A DNA stretch of 32,000 bases from Mycobacterium tuberculosis H37Rv (GTDB taxonomy: Bacteria; Actinomycetota; Actinomycetes; Mycobacteriales; Mycobacteriaceae): assembly GCF_000195955.2 (NCBI RefSeq), contig NC_000962.3:2940001-2972000 (forward strand), given 5' to 3'. The notes under the pieces were generated by a model. It was not told the origin of the DNA. It saw only the letters and a program-made list of their open reading frames with translations, and did no database searches. Made by a program: the position numbers and the translations under genes. Every line of letters begins with the position of its first letter. Within the stretch, counting starts at the first letter, position 1. Positions 11,322 through 20,104 of the stretch are shown here, in pieces.

Positions 11322-12503
11322 TCACCCCGCATCGGAAAACCTGTCCGCATCTTGGGGACTCGTGGTAAAGGTCGGTTCCGGCTGGGCCAACCGGTAGACG
11401 TCAATCAGCCGCGCGACATCGCTGGGAGTGACGATGCCGACCACCGCGCTCCCTTCGGTGACCAGCGCACGGCTGCGCGGGCCGAGCGGTGCCATCCGCT
11501 CTAGGAGCGCGGTCAGCGGCTCTTGTGGTCGGGCGGTCGGCACGCTGTGCAGCGGCAGCGCAATGTCACCTACGCTGGTAGTGCTGCGCCGGCTAGGCGC
11601 AACATCGCGCAGCTGCCGCAATGCCACCAGGCCCGTGATCGATCCGTCCCGATCGGCAACCGGATATGCCGAGTGCCGTTCACCAAGCACGTAACGCTGG
11701 ATGAAATCCTCGACATTGATCCATCCGGGAGCCGTATGCGGTTGGGCGGTCATCGCATCGGCCACACGCACCCCGGCAAACAGCTGCTGGGTCGAAATCC
11801 GGGTCTCCTCCTCGCGAGCGGCAGCGAAGATAAACCAGCCAATGAAGGCTAACCAGACCCCACCGACGAGGCCACCAGCCACAAACTCGGCCAATCCCAA
11901 CGCGATCAAGACCAGCGCAACCACCCGTCCGGCCCGCGCCGCACCGATCCCGGCGCGCACACTATCGCCGTGGCGGCGCCACAGATAGGCCCGGACCAAC
12001 CGCCCACCGTCCAACGGCGCGCCAGGCAGCAGATTGAACAGCCCCAGCAGCAGGTTGACAGTAGCCAACCACCAAGCAACGCTGATCACGATGGCCGGGG
12101 TCCGCACGCCGGCGAGCGTGATGGCCAACGCACCGAATGTCGCCGACAGCGCCAGGCTGGTAGCCGGACCCGCGAACGCGATCCGGAAAGCGGCTTTGGG
12201 CGTCTTTGCCTCGCCGCCAAGCGCGGTCACCCCGCCGAACAGCCACAACGTCACGCTCTCAACGGATACCCCGGCGCGACGAGCGACGACGGCGTGCGCG
12301 AGCTCATGAGCCAACAGCGACGCCAGCAACATGACCGCGCCACCTGCGCCGAGAAGCCAATAGACCACGGCCGGGTAGCCTCCGACGGTACCCGGCAACA
12401 TGGTCGCCAGACTCCAGGTGAACAACCACAGGATCACCAACACGCTCCAGTGGACGTTCACCACAAACCCGGCGATCCGCCCAAGCGGGATCGCATCACG
12501 CAT
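11322..12503 (-). CDS. M50-family intramembrane metalloprotease with C-terminal CBS domains (Rv2625c/Rip3-like)
   Basis: 393 aa from [22 protein letters not shown]; HELAH zinc motif, [11 protein letters not shown] motif, CBS pair near the C-terminus. Confidence 0.93.
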
Positions 12504-12561
12504 TGGGTACCTCCGATGCTGGCGGATAAAGCCTTTCGTGCCGGCGGATGATCCGAGGTCG

Positions 12562-12993
12562 CTAGCTGGCGAGGGCCATGGGCGAGCAGATTGCCTTGAC
12601 GAACTGCACAATGGCGTGCTCGGGCAGGTGTCGGGCGATGTCGGCTTCGGTGACGATTCCGACCAAGCGGTGCTCTGAGATGACCGGAACACGGCGGACC
12701 TGATGTTCTTCCATGACGTTGAGCATCTCCTGGATGCTTGCGTTCGCATCGACGTAGTAGATGCTGTCCCGGGCCAACTCGCCAGCCGTGGCGGTATTCG
12801 GGTCTAGGCCCGCAGCCAGGCCTTTGATCACAATGTCGCGGTCGGTGAGCATGCCGTGCAGCCGGTCGTCGTCCCCGCAGATCGGCAACGCGCCGATGTC
12901 GTGCTCACGCATGTATTGAGCGGCAGCGGTTAGCGTCTCGTGTTCGCCAACACAGGTCACACCTGCGTTCATGATGTCGCGTGCGGTGGTCAT
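12562..12993 (-). CDS. hrp1: Hypoxic response protein 1, CBS-domain pair
   Basis: 143 aa [62 protein letters not shown]. Confidence 0.95.
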
Positions 12994-13066
12994 CGGGATC
13001 CTCCTCGAGTCGGGGTGCTATTGCTGATCTGCTGCCGAAGGTACGACCACGTCGTAGCGAACACTA

Positions 13067-13103
13067 GGGTCGTTTGACCCGTGGGCCGCGGGTCGATGGA
13101 CCC
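13067..13103. promoter_or_regulatory. Two DosR-box-like palindromes upstream of hrp1
   Basis: GGGTCGTTTGACCC (13067-13080) and GGGTCGATGGACCC (13090-13103); resemble GGGACTTTxGTCCC-type boxes with substitutions. Confidence 0.5.
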
Positions 13104-13506
13104 GTACTGGCGCGCGTTGAGGCAGCTGGCTTGCCTGGCTTGTCCTCGCCGTAGGCCACCTCAAAGTCGAAGGTTGTCAATTGATTTCACCAGCCGGATA
13201 TAGCGCTATGGGCGGCCGCAGGACCGATAGTGATGCCGATCGGCCCCGATCGGGGTAACCGGCAATGGAACAACTGACAACCATGAAGGCTCGTTTCGAC
13301 GGAAGCGGAAGACGCCGACAGGCACATGAGCCTCGCGACGGGGCCAATCCGTTGGCTTTGCGACCGTGGTCGTAGGTCCTGGCGGAGCCGGGTTGCCACA
13401 TCCGTCACAAGCTGACACGCCGAACGTGCAACCAGGGCGGCATCGCCTGGGTGTGTCTCCGCCACCAGTGCACATTCGGCGCAGCCAGCCCACGCTCGGC
13501 GCGGAG

Positions 13507-14748
13507 TTAGGCGGAACGGTCGCGCTGTGTCCGTGGCGCGTCCAACAGGCCCGACTGCTCCAGCGCAGCCTGGACAAACCGTCGTACCGGCCGCGACTGG
13601 AAGAAGCCAGTGTGACCGCCTGGATACCACACGATTTCGGGTTTGCCCCAGTGCTCCCAGAGGCGAGTCACCTGTTCGCGTGGATGCACGAGTCGGTCGG
13701 CAATGCCCGCGTAGATAAAGCGGCCCGGCATGGGCACCAGTGGCGTAAGTGAGAGCGGCGAGATCATTCGGCCGATCGGTTCGGCCATCTTGACGGTGTG
13801 GCGGCGGGGGTCTTTGTGCCGAAGACCGCAGTGGCGGCCCAACAACTCGATCAGATCAGCCACTGGGACACCGAGAATCGCGCAGGCGAGACCTTCTTCG
13901 AGGCTGGCGACCAATGACGCGATGTAGCCGCCCAGCGAGAGACCGTTCAACCCGATCAGCGACTCCTCCTCCTGCGATCGTATCCAGGACAACAGCCGCC
14001 GGATATCCCACACCGCTTGAGCCGTCCCATGCACATCGTCGAGAACATCTTCTCCGGGAAAAACGGCGCCCTTCGGCAGACCTTGCCCGCGGGGACCATG
14101 CATCGGAAGAACCGGCATGACAATGTTCAGGCCGAGTTCGTCATGCAGCTTCCAGGCGCGGAACACCGCGAGATCCAACGGGGCCCTGCCCATCTCGGTG
14201 CCGTGTACACAAACCAGCCAGGGACGCGGCTCTGGGTGCCGCAGTAACAGGGCGTACTCGCGATTGTTCGCAGTGTATGAGAGCCACCGTTGGCTGCCCG
14301 GTTCACCCGGATGCGGCGTAAACCCACTGTCGAAGAAGATGCGATAAAAGGAGCGTCTGCGGTCCTTGACCTTTCGGACCGCGACCTCGGTGAGCGGTGG
14401 GGGCTGGGCAAAAAATCCGCTAGGCTTCTCCAGCCATCTGCGATTCCCATAGAACTCCAGTCCAGCGGCCACTTCTTGGCTGATGCGCTCGAACACTCGA
14501 TGATTGCTGACCGGACGTCGTGCCTTGAGGCCCAGCAGGACGATTTCGTCTCGAAAGGCTTGCGCCGCTAAGGCAATAGTGGGCCGTGCGATCGGCAGTT
14601 TATCGGGCTGTTGACCCAGATAGTCGCGCCACGATTGAGCGACGTACAGACCGGTGTGCATGAACGGTCCCATGGCGCCGCTCAAGACCGGTGGACTCAG
14701 GCGAAAAGCCGAGCGTTCGTGGGTGCCGTCGCTCGCAGAACTTGCCAT
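13507..14748 (-). CDS. Alpha/beta-hydrolase-like conserved protein (Rv2627c-like)
   Basis: 413 aa; GLNGLSLGGYIASLVASLE (GxSxGG nucleophile elbow), late YPGGHTGFF. Confidence 0.9.
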   Translation of the reverse strand: MASSASDGTHERSAFRLSPPVLSGAMGPFMHTGLYVAQSWRDYLGQQPDKLPIARPTIALAAQAFRDEIVLLGLKARRPVSNHRVFERISQEVAAGLEFYGNRRWLEKPSGFFAQPPPLTEVAVRKVKDRRRSFYRIFFDSGFTPHPGEPGSQRWLSYTANNREYALLLRHPEPRPWLVCVHGTEMGRAPLDLAVFRAWKLHDELGLNIVMPVLPMHGPRGQGLPKGAVFPGEDVLDDVHGTAQAVWDIRRLLSWIRSQEEESLIGLNGLSLGGYIASLVASLEEGLACAILGVPVADLIELLGRHCGLRHKDPRRHTVKMAEPIGRMISPLSLTPLVPMPGRFIYAGIADRLVHPREQVTRLWEHWGKPEIVWYPGGHTGFFQSRPVRRFVQAALEQSGLLDAPRTQRDRSA

Positions 14749-14784
14749 GGCAGCAAAGCTAACCGCGTGCGGAACGACGCGTTA

Positions 14785-14798
14785 GGGACTTACGTCCC
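14785..14798. promoter_or_regulatory. DosR box between divergent Rv2627c-like and Rv2628-like genes
   Basis: GTTAGGGACTTACGTCCCGCC, near-consensus GGGAC-TTxxGTCCC palindrome 37 bp upstream of the start of the minus-strand gene. Confidence 0.78.
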
Positions 14799-15057
14799 GC
14801 CGGAAGTCACCTGTGTGGTGGTGGCCACTGTCGAGACCGGCGGCCCGTTGTGGTGGCCCAAGTGCCCTAAGGTGATCAGGTGCCGCAGCCCGGCCAGCAC
14901 GCCGTCAGAGTTTCACGGGGCTTGGTCGCGGCCGATGGCGTCCTCATCGTGGGGTCGATGACCGAGGTGGACGCGGCGCGACCGGGCACATCGACGGTCC
15001 CCGGGGCTTTGTGGGCCAGTGAAGTGACGAAAGACCCCAGTGGACACGGACTTCGGC

Positions 15058-15420
15058 ATGTCCACGCAACGACCGAGGCACTCCGGTATTCGGGCTGTTG
15101 GCCCCTACGCATGGGCCGGCCGATGTGGTCGGATAGGCAGGTGGGGGGTGCACCAGGAGGCGATGATGAATCTAGCGATATGGCACCCGCGCAAGGTGCA
15201 ATCCGCCACCATCTATCAGGTGACCGATCGCTCGCACGACGGGCGCACAGCACGGGTGCCTGGTGACGAGATCACTAGCACCGTGTCCGGTTGGTTGTCG
15301 GAGTTGGGCACCCAAAGCCCGTTGGCCGATGAGCTTGCGCGTGCGGTGCGGATCGGCGACTGGCCCGCTGCGTACGCAATCGGTGAGCACCTGTCCGTTG
15401 AGATTGCCGTTGCGGTCTAA
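15058..15420 (+). CDS. Hypothetical protein (Rv2628-like)
   Basis: 120 aa from MSTQRPRHSGIRAVGPYAWAGRCGRIG; position and sequence recalled from the dormancy regulon; no strong domain. Confidence 0.75.
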   Translation: MSTQRPRHSGIRAVGPYAWAGRCGRIGRWGVHQEAMMNLAIWHPRKVQSATIYQVTDRSHDGRTARVPGDEITSTVSGWLSELGTQSPLADELARAVRIGDWPAAYAIGEHLSVEIAVAV

Positions 15421-15766
15421 GCACCACCTAACGGTGTCGTCCCGAAGGGACGATTGCCGATCCGGTGGATGACTTTGGTCCCTATGCCTTCCCGCTGGAC
15501 CGCACAACGATCGAAGGTGCCACGACGCATAGAAGACATGGCCATGCCACACCCTGATAGCATTGCAGCAAGCTACATGTACTGCTCTACCAGGATCCTT
15601 ATGGGCAACAGTGGGTTTGAGTTATGAAACCCGTGGGCACATACCCTTCCGCGTCGTACTGGTCAGTCTCGACAGCGAAGAGATCACCGGTTGATCCACC
15701 AAGCATGCATTGGCGGGCATCTGCATAAACGGTGACGTATCAGCACAAAACAGCGGAGAGAACAAC

Positions 15767-16891
15767 ATGCGATCAGAACGTCTCCGGTGGCTGGTAGCCG
15801 CAGAAGGTCCGTTCGCCTCGGTGTATTTCGACGACTCGCACGACACTCTTGATGCCGTCGAGCGCCGGGAAGCGACGTGGCGCGATGTCCGGAAGCATCT
15901 CGAAAGCCGCGACGCGAAGCAGGAGCTCATCGACAGCCTCGAAGAGGCGGTGCGGGATTCTCGACCGGCCGTCGGCCAGCGTGGCCGCGCGCTGATCGCG
16001 ACCGGCGAGCAAGTACTGGTCAACGAGCATCTGATCGGCCCACCACCGGCTACGGTGATTCGGCTGTCGGATTATCCGTACGTCGTGCCATTGATAGACC
16101 TTGAGATGCGGCGACCGACGTATGTATTTGCCGCGGTTGATCACACCGGCGCCGACGTCAAGCTGTATCAGGGGGCCACCATCAGTTCCACGAAAATCGA
16201 TGGGGTCGGCTACCCGGTGCACAAGCCGGTCACCGCCGGCTGGAACGGCTACGGCGACTTCCAGCACACCACCGAAGAAGCCATCCGAATGAACTGCCGC
16301 GCGGTCGCCGACCATCTCACCCGACTGGTAGACGCTGCCGACCCCGAGGTGGTGTTCGTGTCCGGCGAGGTGCGGTCACGCACAGACCTGCTTTCCACAT
16401 TGCCGCAGCGGGTGGCGGTCCGGGTGTCGCAGCTGCATGCCGGACCGCGCAAAAGCGCCTTAGACGAGGAAGAGATCTGGGACCTGACATCCGCGGAGTT
16501 CACCCGGCGGCGGTACGCCGAAATCACCAATGTCGCACAACAATTTGAGGCGGAGATCGGACGCGGATCGGGGCTGGCGGCCCAAGGGTTGGCGGAGGTG
16601 TGTGCGGCTCTGCGTGACGGCGACGTCGACACGCTGATCGTCGGAGAGCTAGGCGAGGCCACCGTGGTCACCGGTAAAGCGCGTACTACGGTCGCGCGGG
16701 ATGCCGACATGTTGTCCGAACTCGGCGAACCGGTAGATCGCGTGGCAAGGGCCGATGAGGCGTTGCCATTCGCCGCGATCGCGGTAGGTGCCGCATTGGT
16801 CCGTGACGACAACCGGATCGCGCCACTAGATGGGGTGGGCGCATTGCTGCGTTATGCCGCCACCAACCGACTCGGCAGCCATAGATCCTAG
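15767..16891 (+). CDS. eRF1/baeRF-like protein (Rv2629-like)
   Basis: 374 aa MRSERLRWLVAAEGPFASVYFDDSHD...GGSGLAAQGLAEVCAALRDGDVDTLIVGE-type C-terminal domain resembling archaeo-eukaryotic release-factor domain 3 proteins of bacteria. Confidence 0.85.
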   Translation: MRSERLRWLVAAEGPFASVYFDDSHDTLDAVERREATWRDVRKHLESRDAKQELIDSLEEAVRDSRPAVGQRGRALIATGEQVLVNEHLIGPPPATVIRLSDYPYVVPLIDLEMRRPTYVFAAVDHTGADVKLYQGATISSTKIDGVGYPVHKPVTAGWNGYGDFQHTTEEAIRMNCRAVADHLTRLVDAADPEVVFVSGEVRSRTDLLSTLPQRVAVRVSQLHAGPRKSALDEEEIWDLTSAEFTRRRYAEITNVAQQFEAEIGRGSGLAAQGLAEVCAALRDGDVDTLIVGELGEATVVTGKARTTVARDADMLSELGEPVDRVARADEALPFAAIAVGAALVRDDNRIAPLDGVGALLRYAATNRLGSHRS

Positions 16892-16892
16892 G

Positions 16893-17432
16893 ATGCTGCA
16901 CCGCGACGATCACATCAATCCGCCGCGGCCCCGCGGGTTGGATGTTCCTTGCGCCCGCCTACGAGCGACAAATCCCCTGCGCGCCTTGGCGCGTTGCGTT
17001 CAGGCGGGCAAGCCGGGCACCAGTTCAGGGCATCGGTCCGTGCCGCATACGGCGGACTTGCGAATCGAAGCCTGGGCACCGACCCGTGACGGCTGTATCC
17101 GGCAGGCGGTGCTGGGTACCGTCGAGAGCTTCCTCGACCTGGAATCCGCGCACGCGGTCCATACCCGGCTGCGCCGGCTGACCGCGGATCGCGACGACGA
17201 TCTACTGGTCGCGGTGCTCGAGGAGGTCATTTATTTGCTGGACACCGTCGGTGAAACGCCTGTCGATCTCAGGCTGCGCGACGTTGACGGGGGTGTCGAC
17301 GTCACATTCGCAACGACCGATGCGAGTACGCTAGTTCAGGTGGGTGCCGTGCCGAAGGCGGTGTCACTCAACGAACTTCGGTTCTCGCAGGGTCGCCACG
17401 GCTGGCGATGTGCGGTAACGCTCGATGTGTGA
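16893..17432 (+). CDS. Archease-like protein (Rv2630-like)
   Basis: 179 aa; LRIEAWAPTRDGCIRQAVLGTVESFLD...LLVAVLEEVIYLLDT...VPKAVSLNELRFSQGRHGWRCAVTLDV fits the archease pattern and sits directly upstream of rtcB. Confidence 0.75.
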   Translation: MLHRDDHINPPRPRGLDVPCARLRATNPLRALARCVQAGKPGTSSGHRSVPHTADLRIEAWAPTRDGCIRQAVLGTVESFLDLESAHAVHTRLRRLTADRDDDLLVAVLEEVIYLLDTVGETPVDLRLRDVDGGVDVTFATTDASTLVQVGAVPKAVSLNELRFSQGRHGWRCAVTLDV

Positions 17433-17447
17433 ATTGAGACCTGATTC

Positions 17448-18870
17448 ATGAAAATCGTCGAGGAGACCCCATACCGGTTCCGGATCGAACAAGAGGGCGC
17501 GATGCGGGTGCCCGGGATCGTGTTCGCGTCCAGGTCGTTGCTGCCTCGTGACGAAGGCGACATGGCCCTTGATGCAAGTGGTCAACGTGGCTACGCTGCC
17601 GGGGATTGTCCGGGCCTCGTATGCGATGCCCGATGTGCACTGGGGATATGGTTTCCCAATCGGCGGCGTGGCCGCAACCGACGTCGACAATGATGGAGTC
17701 GTTTCCCCAGGCGGTGTCGGCTTCGATATTTCGTGCGGCGTAAGACTCTTGGTCGGCGAAGGGCTGGACCGCGAGGAGCTGCAACCACGGTTGCCGGCGG
17801 TCATGGACCGGCTTGATCGCGCGATACCGCGCGGAGTGGGCACGGCGGGTGTGTGGCGACTACCCGACCGGAACACGCTGCAGGAGGTGCTCACCGGTGG
17901 TGCCCGGTTTGCGGTGGAACAGGGGCATGGCGTCGCGCTAGACCTCGAGCGGTGCGAAGACGGCGGTGTGATGACAGGAGCGGACGCGGCCAAAATCAGT
18001 GACCGGGCCCTCCAACGCGGGCTTGGGCAGATCGGCAGCCTTGGCTCGGGCAACCACTTCCTGGAAGTCCAGGCCGTGGACCGCGTCTACGATCCGGTTG
18101 CGGCCGCGCCGATGGGTCTGGCGGAAGGGACCGTCTGCGTGATGATCCACACCGGCTCACGGGGCCTGGGCCATCAGATCTGCACGGATCACGTCCGCCA
18201 GATGGAACAAGCCATGGGCCGATACGGAATCGCGGTGCCCGATCGCCAATTGGCTTGTGTGCCGGTGCACTCCCCCGATGGGCAGGCCTATCTCGCCGCG
18301 ATGGCGGCGGCGGCCAACTACGGACGCGCCAACCGCCAACTGCTGACCGAGGCGACGCGTCGTGTGTTCGCTGATGCAACCGGAACACCTCTGGACCTGC
18401 TCTACGACGTGTCGCACAACCTGGCCAAGATCGAGACGCATCCGATCGACGGTCAGCTGCGCTCGGTGTGCGTGCACCGCAAGGGCGCCACCCGCTCGCT
18501 GCCGCCGCACCATCACGAGCTGCCGGCCGAACTGGCAGCGGTCGGCCAACCCGTGCTGATACCCGGGACGATGGGTACGGCGTCATATGTGCTTGCCGGG
18601 GTCACCGGCAACCCGGCGTTCTTTTCCACCGCGCATGGTGCTGGGCGGGTACTGAGCCGTCACCAGGCCGCCCGCCACACCAGCGGTGAAGCGATACGCG
18701 CCAGCCTCGCAAAACGTGGCATCATCGTCCGCGGTACCTCTCGTAGGGGTATCGCCGAGGAAAAGCCGGAGGCCTACAAAGACGTCGACGAGGTCATCGA
18801 AGCCAGCCATCAGAGTGGCCTCGCGCGCAAAGTGGCTCGCCTTGTTCCCTTGGGCTGTGTCAAAGGATGA
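17448..18870 (+). CDS. rtcB: RNA-splicing ligase RtcB, frameshifted near 17571-17574; longest intact piece 17572-18870 (432 aa)
   Basis: N-terminal part [41 protein letters not shown] in the 17448 frame, remainder [37 protein letters not shown]...GFDISCGVR...GNHFLE...[11 protein letters not shown]...SHNLAK...[11 protein letters not shown]...STAHGAGR...PLGCVKG in the +1 frame. Confidence 0.92.
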
Positions 18871-18908
18871 ATCAACGGCGAACATTCCAGCCGTCGCGAC
18901 CGCCTTCT

Positions 18909-19190
18909 TCAGTGGTGCAGACCCGTGACCGGCTGATGGGTACTGGCTTCGATATCCGACGACGTCAAAGCGAATAGCTGATTCGCCAAATCCGACAAGG
19001 CCCGGGCGATCGCAAGTTCGTCGCCGATCTGGGCCACCGGCTCATCGGCCGGATCGAGTCGCGCCAAACCAACACCCACCATCTGCCTGCCTGCCCAGGA
19101 CAGCCGCGCCTTCGCCCGGGTGCGCTCGTCGTGTTCCTCAATCAGCACATCAATTTGGCAGGTTTTTCCAACGTGCTCGCTGTCTGTCAT
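18909..19190 (-). CDS. DUF1876 small protein (Rv2632c-like, Rv1738 paralogue)
   Basis: 93 aa MTDSEHVGKTCQIDVLIEEHDERTRAKARLSWAGRQMVGVGLARLDPADEPVAQIGDELAIARALSDLANQLF. Confidence 0.9.
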   Translation of the reverse strand: MTDSEHVGKTCQIDVLIEEHDERTRAKARLSWAGRQMVGVGLARLDPADEPVAQIGDELAIARALSDLANQLFALTSSDIEASTHQPVTGLHH

Positions 19191-19334
19191 CGCGGCCTCC
19201 CTGTCGGATTTGCGCTTACGCCCGCCGATCTGCCCCGCTAGCTGAACGCGGTATCTATCCAATCACCACAATCGGTCGTGGAGTAGGCCAGAATTCTTTT
19301 CGCCCGACCCGGGCCCGCCTAGCACTGACAACCG

Positions 19335-19820
19335 CTAGATGGCCTTCAGGAGGTCTGCTTTGCCCTTGGTACGGAGTGTGTACAGAGGTGAGCCGCGCAA
19401 CTGCTCAATGCGAGCCGCCATCTTGTCACCGAGCTCCTCGAGCTCGGCATCGGTGATGTGCACCGGTGTAGGAGCGGGGATCATGTCGCGTTCCTCTACG
19501 TCGGCGTGCGCCTCCAACACGGTCCGGAACACGTTCCACTCTTCTTCATACCCGGGCGCGCGCTGCGGAGTGCGCAGCAGCGTCGCGAGCTGATCAACCA
19601 CCTGACGGTGCTCGGCGTGGGTACCCGTGATTGGTTTGCCGGCCGCGGAAAGGGCAGGGTAGTACAGGTCATCCTCGATGCGGAAGTGAATGTCCAGCTC
19701 GATGAGCATCTCGTCGAAAAGGACATGGCGCTCTTCGCTATTCACCGGCGCCTCGCCGACTTTGCGGCCCAGTCCTTTAAGCACGGTGTGGTGGCGCTTT
19801 AATACGTCGTAGGCATTCAC
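19335..19820 (-). CDS. Hemerythrin-like protein (Rv2633c-like)
   Basis: 161 aa; MNAYDVLKRHHTVLKGLGRKVGEA...LIELDIHFRIEDDLYYPAL...HRQVVDQL...LEAHADVEERDMIP: spaced His/Glu ligands of the HHE fold. Confidence 0.9.
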   Translation of the reverse strand: MNAYDVLKRHHTVLKGLGRKVGEAPVNSEERHVLFDEMLIELDIHFRIEDDLYYPALSAAGKPITGTHAEHRQVVDQLATLLRTPQRAPGYEEEWNVFRTVLEAHADVEERDMIPAPTPVHITDAELEELGDKMAARIEQLRGSPLYTLRTKGKADLLKAI

Positions 19821-20104
19821 TTCGTTGCTCTATTCCGTATTCGGGATCAACGAGACAACCGTAACCTCGCGCCGCGGCCCATTAATGTGAGGTAGCTGTG
19901 AATCAGCACAAAGAAGCCTGTGCAGTAGCGCGACGCTCGGCGTACCGGCACGAGTCCGACGGCCCGCATGTCCATGCGGCCGCCGGCACCAGCGCCGAGG
20001 CCCCCGCAGGATACCGGGATCTGCAGCTCCTCGTGCGGAAACAGTTGCCGCAGTTCGGGTTCGGGCAGTTCGGCGAGCGTGATGTTCGCGCCTAACGGCA
20101 ACAA

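Noticed and set aside
13230-13256. CCGATCGG/CCCCGATCGGGG palindromes in the hrp1-Rv2627c intergenic region.
   Set aside because: Short GC-rich palindromes common in this genome; no U-tract or link to gene ends strong enough to call a terminator.
13187-13630. 147-aa minus ORF between hrp1 and Rv2627c-like gene.
   Set aside because: No recognisable domain, overlaps the C-terminus of the convincing 413-aa gene; not enough support to call.
14880-15266. 128-aa plus ORF overlapping the Rv2628-like gene start.
   Set aside because: Overlaps the expected dormancy gene in another frame and shows no domain; weak coding evidence.
17548-17571. GTG-initiated extension (MTKATWPL) of the rtcB ORF as the true N-terminus.
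   Set aside because: These eight residues do not resemble RtcB, whereas the overlapping 17448 frame (PRDEGDMAL) does; could still be a real start after the frameshift, so kept only as an alternative.
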